DNA from: Cenococcum geophilum
Taxonomy: Eukaryota
Direction: 5' to 3'
NCBI GenBank assembly: GCA_050273025.1
Contig: CP158635.1
Span: 15,562,001 to 15,626,000, forward strand
Length of the DNA: 64,000 bases
Of this stretch, positions 12,601 to 24,633 are shown piece after piece (position 1 is the stretch's first letter; each line of letters begins with the position of its first letter). Position numbers and translations under genes: made by a program. The notes under the pieces are model-generated. The model saw only the letters and a list, made by a program, of their open reading frames with translations. It was not told the DNA's origin and made no database searches.

Positions 12601-14917
12601 GCAAGCTTAAACACTTGCTGATTAGTACCAGCGATTAAGCTAAATTTAACCTTATGCGGTAGAAAGGTGTTGTTAGAAAAGTTTATAATATTATTAAATA
12701 TATTATATAATCTATAGCTTACCGCTAGGACTTTACTAAGAATTAAGCTAAGGCTTATATAGAGGACGAGCTCTTTAATTAAGCCGAACTTATACTTATT
12801 AAAGACGGTAGCGTTTAGTGGAATTCTACCTACTTTATACTTCAACAGGCGCTACTTCTTAAGAAAGGGATTAATAAATATTTGCTAACTTAGAGGAAGC
12901 CTACTAACGATAGCTACGACCTTACGCAAGACTTTCTTACTAAAGAAGATTAGGCGGAAGTTAAGTAGCTTATTAAAATCCTAAAGCCTTTTATATTAGC
13001 TACTAAACGTATAAAAGGCGATGCTAATAGCTATAGTGTTAAGGGCTTATATAGAGCTTTATGGGAGTTAATTACAAATATAAAGCTTCTTTACTAGATC
13101 CTTATACAAACTTAGTAGAATCTTAAGAATATATACAACTGCTTCCTTAAATCTGGCGTTAATATGGCTCTATAGAAGCTTAATAAGTATTTTAATAAAA
13201 TAAAAGCTGAGAGCCCATACTACTTTATTGCAGTTATCCTTTATCCCTCTTTTAAACGCGCCTACTTTCGCGATAAGTGGAAACAGTGGCCATAGTGGTA
13301 GAAGCATACCGAGAGGTGCATGGAAATAGTATTTAATGACTATATTAATAAGCAAGTAGGCAAGGAAGATAAGGAGGTAGTTAAACCATAATATAGAAAG
13401 GTTCCTTATATATCTAGCAACAATTCGGGTAATAAATATTTATAATCTCTACTAGTTAATAAAAACCTTACTTCCTTACGCTTGTAGAAGCGAATTAAGC
13501 TTACTACTAAACTTAATTACTACTATAACGCAGGCCTTAAGCTGATTAAGATCCGTAATAAAAACGGCAGTAAGGTGAGCAACGTTGTTCTAAATCCTCT
13601 TAACTAGTAGCTTATTATTGGTCGAATCCTTTATTTAACTCTTGCTAAGATTACTCTAGATCTATTCTCTATACTAGTAATAAGCTCTATATACGAGCGA
13701 GCTTTTAGCTAAGCTAAGAAGATTATTACCAATAAGCGCAATAGGCTCTTAGCCGATACAGTTAAAGCAGACCAATGTTAAAAATAGTGGCTACTTAAAG
13801 GCCTTCTGCCAAGCAGCTTAATTAACTGCATTAACTCCGACGGAGCCTTAGCTACGCCTTAGTTAACGAGTTTAAAAACCAATCTTACTGGCTATAGGTT
13901 AGATATAGTGGTAGAAATACTAGATAAGAGAGGTATATTTACTAGAGCTCTCTACCTAATAGAATCTAACTTTAAAATAGAGCTTATAGAGCTTACTTAA
14001 CCACCTAACCTAAGTCCCTACTACTGACGTCACTACGAACTTCTTCAAAGCCTGCGCGGCGCGGCGATATCTAAATACTATATAAGGTTGATTGAGGTAG
14101 ATTTGAGATCGGGCAATGTCAATATTTGTACATACAGAAGTACTGTTAAAAATCTAAAATTTGGCTCTATAACTCTATTAAATCTATACAAATTACCCGA
14201 TTTGGATAAGCGCGCTATTAGCGGTGCAGTTAGCGTATATATTTACCCAGCGAGCGGACAGCAAGTGGTTTAATTGGTATAGTTAGTTAGCGAAGCTCGC
14301 TGGACGCTGACTGTTGGCCACACTAGAGCTGCTAAAAATTTGGCCATATAGGAGATAGGTGCTCTACTAGGGCCTATAGATACTATGCAGCTGTATATTT
14401 ATTTAAAGACTATTTCTGTTCTACCTGTATAACAATAGGCAAGCGTTGCTAGCATACCACCCCTCTTTATATTAATTGTAAAGAAAAACACTTTGCTAAT
14501 AGTAAAGACTGCGAGACTCTTAAAGCTGCTAAACTAGTATATAAAGAAGATTCTATAAAAGAATAAAACAGATAGGATTCTAGAAGGAGGTAACTCCTAC
14601 TAGGCTCTTAAAAAGATATTAGAGAGTAAAAGGATAAAAATAAATTACAAAAGGATAGGGATAGGGGTTAGGATTTCTTATAGTTTTTCTTACCATTTTC
14701 TTATTCCCTAGTAGTTGTAGTATCTTAGTATTTTACTAGGAAACTATAAACTCCTAATTTAGGAGTTTATAAACTACTAGGATATAGCTACTAGTATATA
14801 TTAAGCTGCCTAGAAAGGATTTATATATATAAAACTATAGCGCCATAGCCTAAGGCTGCATGCGTAGTATTATACGTAGTATAATACAATAGATGTAATA
14901 ATAAATAAATAAAAATT
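9611..14917 (+). mobile_element. Non-LTR (LINE/Tad1-like) element carrying only a gag-like ORF1, interrupted by hAT
   Basis: Flanked by direct repeats GTTATA (9605-9610 and 14918-14923) in the gypsy integrase zinc finger. A-rich 3' tail AATAATAAATAAATAAAAA. CCHC knuckles (C..CQKFGH....C and two more) at 11113-11125 and 14334-14515. No RT or endonuclease is visible. Confidence 0.7.
11126..14325 (+). mobile_element. Full-length RIPed hAT transposon (BED finger plus DDE transposase, ~11520-13830)
   Basis: TIRs CAGTATGGCTAATAGGCAGCG / CGCTGACTGTTGGCCACACTA with an 8-bp TSD GAGCTGCC (11118-11125) / GAGCTGCT (14326-14333). De-RIPed motifs WLCKIC, SCDIWT, DNATNND, C..HIINL, WNST and CERAFS. Confidence 0.95.
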
Positions 14918-16662
14918 GTTATACGCGCACTAAGGCCTTTAATATAAAGTATTAAGGACTATTATACCCTTTACTAGTACCTATATAACGATAGGCAGAT
15001 ATTGTTATAGATTTCGTTATTAACCTACTACCTTATAAACGATATGGCCGTACCTATAAGAATATCCTTATAATAATATACTAACTTATAAAAGAGCGCC
15101 ACTATATCCTAACCGAAGGTGTAGCCGTTAGCGATATTACTAACACCTTTTTTCGCGAAGTTTACTAACTATATAGGTTACCTAACTTAATTACGTCCGA
15201 CTAAGGTATATAATTTAACTCTAATATATAGAGACGAATTTACTAACGCCTTAGCATCTCTGTTAAGATGTCTATATTCTTTTACTATAAAACTATTAGG
15301 TAACTAGAAAACGCTAATACTAGTATAAAAGCGTACCTATAACAGGTAGTTGCATATAGTTAAGATAACTAGGTAGATTACCTCCTACTAGGTAAATTTA
15401 TAGTAAATAACTACGTCTTAACCACTATAGGACTTACCCCGTTCTTTATAAACAAGGGTTATTACCCCTAATCTAGTATAAAGCTACTAGAACCTATTAA
15501 TAAGAAACTGCTATATAGAAAACGCCTTAAGATGCTACTTACTAACTAGTATATAGACTGTATAAAAAATCTACTTAACTACTATAAGGGAGAAATAGCC
15601 TAGGCTTAAGTAAAGTAGGCTTACTTTACTAACTATTATAAAATATCACCACCGGAGATATATATTGGCGACTAGGCATAGCTAAATATATATAATATCT
15701 CTATATAGAGGCCTATAAAGTTACTTAATTATAAAAACCTTAGCCCCTATTTAATTAAACGAGTTATTAATAGGGAAGCCGTATATAAGCTAGAACTCCC
15801 ACCTACCCTAGCTACCTATAAGATATAGCCTATATTTTACCTATAGCTACTATACCTCTATTAGCCTAACCCCTTACTAGGGCAAATATAGCCTAAACCC
15901 CTACTAGTACTAATCCGAGATAAAAACAAAGATAAGAACTATAAGGAGTGGACTATTAAATAAATTATTAACTCTAAATACTTTAGTAAAGGTAGAGGAC
16001 AACGGCTTTACTACAGAGCTATATATATAGGATTTAATATAGATTAGCTAGAATAGCAACTATAGGAAGACTTTAAAAATGTAAAGGATTTAATTAATAA
16101 CTTTTACTATATAAACCTATAGAAACCGGGCCTAAGCAGAGATTTTATACCCAATCCTTTATAGGAGCCCTTATAGAGTTAAACCGTTATACATTACTAC
16201 GTAAGGGCAAATTACCGTTAAATCGCCGCTAAATTGCGGCAAAGTGCGATTATATAACTAGAATATTATTAAGATGTCTAAGAACTTTAACCGGCGGTTA
16301 AAGTTATCTAATTAGTTAGATTTTTAGATGCTAAGCCTTATTATATAATGTTATTTTAAACCTTTAGCAATACCCCCCTTTCTTTTTCTCTATACCTTAA
16401 GTGTCCCTTCTATATATATATAGTAACTATAGCATCGCCGGAGCTCCGCCTTTATAAGAGGGAGGGTAGTATTATAAAACCCTACTATAGGGGCCTTTAT
16501 AGGAGAGCCCCGTGCTCTTATATACACCTCGCGTATAGCTTATATCAGCTACACGTAGGTATATCACCTCCTTACGCCCTCAACCCTTATAATTAATCGC
16601 GTAACGTTTTATAGACTCCTTAAATATATACGCTCTATAGCTACTGCCCCCATTCTATAACA

Positions 16663-18800
16663 ATATACTCCACCTAAGTATATCTACTAGTCTCTATATA
16701 AGCCAAGCAGTAAACATCCCTATTAAATAACTTAATCAGCTCGTGCTGCGCTGTAGGGACCTATATTATATTGTTTATAGAGCGTTAAGGAGCATGTATT
16801 TGCGTACAGGCCTTCCGCTTACAAATTAAGCGTTTAAATAAGGTATTGCGGAGGTCAATTCGGAACTGTTTATGGCCGTTATAGCGGCCTTTATAGTAGT
16901 TAGTAGGATAGTAAAAGGATAGTAGAAAGCAATTAATAATTACTATATTAAATAGGAAGTGCTATAGAGGCTTCTAGGTCTGCCTATAGGTTCTCTATAT
17001 TAAAAAATATAAGCGCAGTTAATCTGTAATATCTACACCGTATATATAATAATTGTACTAGAATATAAAGGTAGAAATAGGTAATAGCTTTTTAAAATTA
17101 TTACTAAAGACCTTCTGAGTCTATCTAGCGCTGCTAGCAGTAAGGGGAGGATGTTTCTATATAGTAATTCTGGTTTAGCGACCTGGTAATATATAACGTT
17201 ATTAGATTTTAAGCCTTAAAGTTAAATTATAGAACTTACCGTTGTTAATAGTACTTACAAAAAGCATAATATTAGCGTCCTTTTAAGCAAACTCCATTAC
17301 CTAGCCGTCTTTAGAAATGGCCCCATATAGTTCTCCCCATAGTATTTAAGCCGCATAGGTTAATTTAAGCTCTATAAGTGTCTAGTTAATTTACTTAGTA
17401 AATACCTTCTTCTTCTTCTTTCCTTACGTAGCTGTAACTACCTTAATATCGCCTTTAAGGTCCCCCTGCTCCTTATACTTTATTTTAGTTATTTAAACGG
17501 TTCCTACACCCCCAATACTAAGGCATTGTAGTTTTGTAAAAAGCTTAACGCTTATAAATAGGTTATTAAGCCATATAACGTGCTTTCTGGGTAGGTAGAG
17601 GCGTTTCTCTATATTAGCGTCTTTTTAGAGGAGTAGATTAAGAACTACTGCCTACGTCTTTAAAAAGCTTTTATTATTAATAAATAACATATCTAAATTA
17701 ACTAGGCCTTTCCTATTACCTTTAGCGTGCCATATAAAGTCTAAAATATAGCCCTTATTTACTAAAATCTATACTCTAAAGCCTTCTGGTGTAGGTTTTA
17801 ATGGAATATTAATAATCTCGCATACACGGCCCGTAAAGCGTTAAATTGTTTTGTTAACGGTAAGGTAGGTTTTAGGGTTATAAAGCCTTTTATAAGTAAG
17901 CCGAATATACTTAATAACCTTATAAACTCTATTAAATATAGATTTGGGTGATTTATCTAACTTTGGCCATAGTAGTAAGGCCTAGAAGTAACGAGTAAGC
18001 TGCTAAAATCGAACGACTCCTATATACTTTTTAACAATATACTCGGCACTATATATATTTAAATTCTTCCAGTAGTCCTCAATACACGATTCTATAGTAA
18101 TACCTATATATATCTGCACTATAAAGTACGCGTAGAGTTCCTGCTTATATATTAGCTGCTATACGCGTACTTATTTTACATCCTTATTTAACAGATAGAG
18201 CTCCGCGTGCTTATTTGTCCACTATAAGCTTATCTATAATCTTATCTATAAAGAAGAGACTAAACAGCTTAAAAGGTTTGTATGTTTTAACGTTAAAAGG
18301 TAAATTTAGTAAGCTATAGTCGTCCCAATTATTAATATAGATAGGCTTAAATTTAGGGAGTGGCTAAGGCTTTAGGGGAGGTGTTTTCGCTATCTTATTT
18401 GGGGGAACCTTATATTAAGTCTTCTAGATAAGATCTGCATCAATTCTAGCATAATTGGAAGGCATGGTGGTGGTGTATTTAATGGTTAAATTCTATATAG
18501 ACATACGCGTTATTCTGATTCTGGTGTTCGCGCACGGGCCTTCTCCTCTGCTCGCCCTAACGGGTTAAGGGATACGCTTTAGTTTTAATTCCAGGGGTAT
18601 AGGTCTAGTCCTATCTGGCTTATAAAGTAGGATATTATTAAGGCCTTCCTAAGCAGCGTAGAGTTGTTTTAGTATCTAAGTATAGCGCGTTAACACGTCG
18701 TTACAGACGAAGTTTCTTTTAGGGTGGGATATTATTAAAGCCTTCCTAGGCAGTATAGGGTGAGCTTAGTATAATATTACGGCTTATATAAATGCCTCTA
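16663..18800 (-). mobile_element. RIPed piggyBac transposase, 3' end cut by gypsy family 1
   Basis: Minus-strand de-RIPed DDD motifs: HLAVDETIQRFTGR (~17828-17870), HVIWLDNLF (~17556-17582), AWKD (~17278-17290), GVDIADQLRSY (~17008-17040). Element termini were not located. Confidence 0.85.
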
Positions 18801-18838
18801 AACCGAAGCTTATAGAATGCTGTATTATAAAGATACTA

Positions 18839-19667
18839 TAGGCAAAACTCCTTAGTACGATACCGGGTATATAACGATACCATTGGTATTACAATCTACA
18901 CGCCCTAATTAAGCCTTTTTTGGTATAATTAACGATAATCTGACTTTTGACGATATCGTTAGGTGCCTTTACCAAAATCAGTATAACCAGTTTTAATTCG
19001 TCGGATTTAGCCTTACCTTGCCGCAAGTTTAGCTATTAACTTTCATTAAAATCTGTTAAATTAAAGGTCTTACTCTCTATATTTAATTTTACCTAATTAA
19101 TTATAACTAAAAACACCCTAGTCTACTACAATTGGAGGTTACTTGCTGGGCAAGCGACTACCTCCATTAAAAAATTAATTAATCCTTAATATTAGAAATA
19201 CTAAGCGATAAATTTAAGCAGCTTAATTTAGCTAAATTGCCTTACGGGCAAGGCCTATAAGAGCACGTAGCAGAGCTCTACGCTGGACCTAATCGCGATG
19301 CGGAAATAGATAAAAAGGACGCCTAATAACCTTAAATTAAGTTCAATAAGGCGCTAGAGGCCTTACGAACCCTTTAATTGTATAAGGAATAATAGGAAGC
19401 TAGTAATAGAGAGGTTATTGTAACTCTATTAAGGCACGATCGTTAAATTTAAGACTGACGGCTTCAAAACACTAAGCAAGTGGCGATCACCTCTTTCTTT
19501 TGGTGGAGCCAGTCGCCTAATTACGGCTTCGCGCATGTGGATACACAATACATACTATAATCTTGATTTTTGGTGCATCTTATATACAAAACCTAAATAC
19601 AACGATACCATTAGTATTACGATACGCTCGGCTGCAGAAGCCATATCGTACTAAGGAGTTTAGCCTG
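18839..19667 (+). mobile_element. Internally deleted pogo/Tigger-like Tc1-mariner element
   Basis: TIRs (T/C)AGGC(A/T)AAACTCCTTAGTACGATA at both ends with a TA target duplication (18837-18838 and 19668-19669). Residual transposase C-terminus EALRTL..YEE...KQVAITSFF (19350-19500). Confidence 0.85.
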
Positions 19668-19859
19668 TAAGCTAAAGAGAAGGAAAAGGGGTCGCTAGGA
19701 CTAATGTAAACAAATATGTAGGGTAAGCCGCCAAGGCGCTAGCTTTGGGCGGGCTAATCGCAGGTCGGCAGAAGATAACGTGCGATAGCGCCGTTATAGC
19801 TTGTTTAATTCCCCCACACTGCAAAGCTTACAGCAAAGCTATTATACGTAAAACTATTA

Positions 19860-20668
19860 TATATAGAACTATATACTAAGCTATTATAAAGCCGTATAAA
19901 GGCTATATATACAGAGACTTAGTATATAGCTCTACGTATAATAGCTCTATATATAAAGGCTCTACGTATAAAGGCTTTATATATAAAGGTTTTACGTACG
20001 GAGGCTCTATAATAGCTCTGTATATAACAGCTCTACGTACGGAGGCTCTATATATGGAGGCTCTGCGTATGGAGGCTCTGCACGAAGCTACGTACGCGGA
20101 GCCTCCGTATGCAGAGACTTTATATATAGAGTGTCGTGCAGACCCTCCGTACGTAGAGCCTCTATACCCAGAGCCTTCGCACACAGAGTCTTCGATGCAG
20201 AGTCTTCGATGCAGAGTCTTCGATGCAGAGCATCGTGTAGAGCGTTGTGCAGAGCATCGTGCAGGGCATCGTGCAGAGCGTCGTGCGGGGCGTCGTGCGG
20301 AGCGTCGTGCAGGGCGTTGTGCAGAGCGTCGTACAGAGCGTCGTGCAGAGTGTCGTACGGAGCTTCCGTACGTAGAGCCTCCATACGCAGAGCCTTCGTA
20401 CGCAGAGTCTTCGTACGGAGGCTCTGCGCATGGCTCTGCGTACGGAGGCTCTGCATACAGAGGCTCTATATATAATAACGCTACGTACGACTCTGCATAT
20501 GGGGGCTCTGCGCATGGCTTTACGTACGGCCCTATATGCAGAAGCTCTACGTACGGAGGCACTTTGTACGGAGGCTCTACGTATAGAAGCACTGCGTATA
20601 GAGGCTCTGCATACGATAACTCTGCGTATAGCTCTATATACGGAGGCTCTACGTACGGCTCTATATAT
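19860..20668. repeat. Complex minisatellite: 15-bp ACGGAGGCTCTGCGT-like units in both orientations around a 12-bp GCAGAGCGTCGT array
   Basis: Tandem units are directly visible. The 12-mer array spans ~20195-20355. The outer units carry progressively more C>T/G>A changes. Confidence 0.9.
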
Positions 20669-22515
20669 AACTTCAGTTTGGTGTTTTTTTTGGCCCAGCG
20701 CGCCAAGGATTCAATGTGTTAATGCATACGCCAGGTTCTATTTTAAAACTGGCTGCGCTTTCTCCGAGGTTCGGAGTCCTTCAGATCGGCAACCGCGTCA
20801 AATTTGCAAGCTAAACCGTGTCCAGTAGTTGAAATGAGGTTATTGGCGTTATATTAACAAGGAGCTCTAAGCTCCTGATTCAGAAATCAGATTAATCTGG
20901 AGCTCTCGTATACGCGCCCGATTAACGGCTTTTGGTGATATGGCGACTCTACCCACCCCGATCGCGATACTACTATCGCAATTGCATGCTCTCTATAACG
21001 TCATAATCTTTAACTTTCGTGCGTAGAAAACGTAGATTGAGTGGAGGATCTAGAGGGGTAGGAGACTCCATTACTACACTATATACCAAAGTCTCGGATC
21101 GCTCACCAAAATTAATTACTCATCACGATTTTAAAATTTGAGAGCCTCCCTTAGACAATGCGATGTATTCGTAAGTTTTAATAAAATATTCTTGTTCCGC
21201 AGAACTAGTAAACTACACGCGATCGTCGATCCACATCATGCAGGCGCGATTGGTCATGCAGACCAGCTAATCATGCTAACGATGATACGGAGGCTTTGTT
21301 GATACCACGAACTTGATGATTTGGCTTTATTTCAATTGATTGAATTTAGACTCGGCATGTTGTCCATCTGAGGACTTCGATAATACGCTGAAATGTCTGT
21401 CCGCGCACTTTTCAGTCCATGGCTCTTACCGCAATTCTTTATCCTTTGTCCTGGCGATTTGCAACTGAACGGTCAAACACTCACATCCCAGAAAGCCTTC
21501 TCGAATTCTTAGATTAATTATGGCTCCTGTGGATAGGGCACCGATTATGTAATACAACTAATCTCACGGCGGCAATGTAACGTGCAAACACGCCTAGCAC
21601 GCCGACTTGTCCCCGTGAGCGTGCCACGCACGAATGGGAGTGAGACGAGCGAGACTCGCGCAGTGGTTGGTTCAAACTCTGCTGAGGCCAGGGCGGCACC
21701 ACGCTTACCGGTGCCTCCTTTTGCCTCGGATTTTGGGCGGCGCGCGACGAACCATTGACGACAAAAAGTCGAGCACCGTCTGACCTTTTTGGAAGCAGCC
21801 GTGGGGTCTCGATCGATTGAAGTTTTGCTGAGCACGGAAACATCATTGCCGGGACAGTGACTTGCCAAAGGTGCAGCTTTGCGCTGGTGCAGCTTGCGCT
21901 GGTGAGTGCATTCTGACACCCCGTAGACCCACGCTGCATATAATATTTTTGCCTCCTCGGCTGGGGAAGATCCGTACGATGTATCCGCGTGAGGGTTTTG
22001 GTGTTGTATGGGCCACCGACCTGGCTGTTACCCATGTCAGGTACAGCTGTTCCGGGGCGGTGCCCCTCCCCCCACCCCTCGTCCGCCACCACAATGAAAG
22101 CTCACGCATTACTCGGAGGGGAGGCCGTTTAAAAGCTTGCTGTCTCCGCAGCGACCATTCACTCAGCTGTTGCAAAGCCCATTCCTCAACAGACTGAAAT
22201 TCTGGTACTTGCCGAGTTGCTCTCATCTGTTCCATTCTGCTCCATTCACCAAACCCTTTTCGGCCTCGACGTAGCCGTTCGGCTCCAGGTATCTTGCCGT
22301 GGCTGATTCTTGCATACTTCCAGGAACCCTGACCACCAGCGGCACTGCATACTTTTATTCATCTCTCACTCGCGTCCACCTTTCTCACCTTTTCACCTTT
22401 CCACCTTCTTCACCTTCTTCACTCACCTTCACCAGGGCTCTTCATCTGCCCTGTTCTTAAGCTTCTTGCTCTCCTCTGATAGCCATCGACGATCCTTTGC
22501 CCAACTAAGGCCGCT

Positions 22516-23479
22516 ATGGATCCCAACGACTGTGTTGAAAAAATGGACGACCCAATTCTGCCGCTCAGCCCGCCGCACAGCCCGCCGCACAGCCCGCCGC
22601 AGAGTAAATCAACTACGATTAACACTGTGGTACCACAGGCGACCATTGCAAATGCAAGAAATGTAAACAAGCTGTCGGATATGTACGAAAATAATCCCGG
22701 TATTGCTGCCCTTGCTCGTTCATACAGGCCAACCCGCAAGCGCATCTACCCCTTCTTCCCCCTCCGCAAGAAGATTATTAGCTATTTAATGTGTTGTCTT
22801 CCAGAAGAGGTACCGCGCATGAACTTCCTTTAGATGTAACCGAGAAAGCTAATGTGGAAGCAATAGCCGTCTTTCGATTGCATTGTTAAGTTCGCAATCA
22901 TGAACAACAGCCAAGAGATACTTATCCATCGCTTCGCTGGCGGTGTAAAGGATACAGGTCTTGATGTGACAGTTCTCTCCTGCGCGTATTTCGCCAAGTA
23001 TTTAGAGCCGTACGGCGTGTGCGTTAGCAGACACCATGGCGGCGCGAAAACCATCTTCCGAACCGTAGATGGGTCAGAGATCAAGTCTACTGGCACTGTC
23101 TATATGCGATTTCTTATTGAGGGAGAGACAAAGTTTATTGAGGCTCTCTTTGAGGTGTCAGAGGTCCCTATTGAAGGGTTTGAGGTCGTGATCGGTGCGG
23201 ACATTATCGGGAAATATTATCGACTTATTCCCTTTGGATGCCCTGGCACTCGTGAACCACAACCTCCATCAGTATCCCGTAGGTATAATAATCCATTACT
23301 TATCATGTTCTACTACTAACAGAAATACCTTTCTAGAACAGGAACTAGCTGAAGCTGCACGAATAAAGCAGGAAACGTCGGCCGCAGATCTCGTTATCAA
23401 GAAGGACTTCAAATCCAAACAGCTTCAAAACGGAACCGCAACATCACCGTCACATCTAGCAACGCGCTCCCTGGCTTGA
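22516..23479 (+). CDS. Retropepsin-like (clan AA) aspartic protease domain protein, ~282 aa, 3 exons (22516-22809, 22867-23278, 23337-23479)
   Basis: GT..CTAAY..AG introns of 57 and 58 nt join three frames. Motifs: GVKDTGLDVTVLS (catalytic DTG), flap FRTVDGSEIKSTG, FEVVIGADII. The N-terminus has SPPH x3, and there is a short helical C-tail. Confidence 0.8.
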
Positions 23480-24633
23480 AGGCCTTGATCACAACACATT
23501 ATGTAGTCACATCACGACTTTCTCCGACTTAAAGACTATTCCGATCTCTACGATGTTACGATGTTACGACGCTACGCTAGATACGCTCTCACTACTCTTA
23601 CGCTTCAACCACCCCTCGACCCTGCCGCCCACCTAGCCACCTCTACTACTGCCTGGCTACTCGGTCGCTCATTAATCTCGAGTCCCAAGCACCTCTAGTT
23701 ACCGAAACTGATCCAGAATCACGTGTATGGTAGCTTAGTAATAGCTTGGCGAGGGGTTTACCTCCCTGCCGAGCCTTTCGATAGAATAGATAATCTTCCT
23801 CTCAACTTGAACTTCTATCAGAAACCGAGGAGGCTTCTCGCCAATTACGGATTCCCTTCAATTTTCGTCATAACTGCCAGTATTTCTGAGTTAACTCTTC
23901 CAAGGCAGATGCGCCGTTACTCTTAGTAGAAATATCCAATTTTCCCCCAGCTTCTATCTACACGGTTCTTTTATCCCTTCTTGGAAAAATTCTTGCGGCA
24001 TCTTGCACAGCGCTCTTTCCTATCTCCCTTATATTTTACAGCCCGGTCATAGTATTTTACTTCGTACATTCTCTAGTGTCTGACCGGATTAGTATCAAAG
24101 TGGATTCTTCTGGAGTTTTGGATATACCCCAACACATAGAAGCTTTTCTTTATTATTTCGAATTAACGAGCGGCCAACTTCCACTTCTGGTTTCCGTTTG
24201 AAGACATCGGCCATCGCATTACCCGACAGGGACCGCTTAGTAGTTTTAGCATATTTCTGCGGCTTTTGTTAACCATGGATGGCAGAATAGGTAAAAAGGC
24301 ATGGACCAACGAACAACATTTCTCTTTTGCCTTCAGCGAAGCGGCAAAAGTTGTCATGTATGACGAATTATATGCTGATGGGCTAAGCTGGGCTCTCCGG
24401 CTACTATTTTAAACTGGCTTTTCACTTATTTGCTCTCCAGTGTCTTTTTGTTCCCGGAAACCTTGATGTAGTATTCCTTATTCCTATTTTGTTCTCGTTG
24501 CCTACCGCATTCTAGACTTGACTACAAAATCACCTCGGTACTACTTCTGCCATGTAGGAAACAATGACATTTACGATACTAGGGATTACTCTTCCCTACT
24601 CTGAAAGCAACGACTTCATGGGCGTGAATTGCG

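Larger units (their letters stand above)
5100..16662 (+). mobile_element. RIPed Ty3/gypsy chromovirus (family 1). The 5' LTR is cut by Copia and the integrase is interrupted by a non-LTR element.
   Basis: The 5' LTR remnant 5100-5203 matches the 3' half of the 3' LTR 16470-16662, which has a PPT GAGGGAGGG before it. Gag Zn knuckle ~6713, protease DCGA-like ~7065, RT YLDDIL 8272-8289, RNase H ~8740-9100, integrase 9480-9610 and 14918-15700, chromodomain ~15950-16130. Confidence 0.9.

Noticed and set aside
12582..13355. Minus-strand ORFs of 87 and 61 aa (likewise 39365, 40411, 51997 and 63285)
   Set aside because: They are antisense shadows of RIPed transposase, pol, kinase or cargo pseudogenes.
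19860..20668. CRISPR-like array
   Set aside because: The units are contiguous with no unique spacers, the context is eukaryotic, and there are no cas genes.
19903..20828. Six overlapping ORFs of 114-267 aa
   Set aside because: They are open in many frames on both strands because of the stop-poor 12/15-bp minisatellite, and the translations are pure repeat.
21514..22745. ORFs upstream of or antisense to the protease gene
   Set aside because: No recognisable domain and mutually overlapping. More consistent with promoter/5' UTR, including a CT-rich tract at 22375-22435.
22516..23479. Protease as a retrotransposon remnant
   Set aside because: It has spliceosomal introns, no adjacent gag/RT/LTR and no RIP, so it behaves as a host gene.
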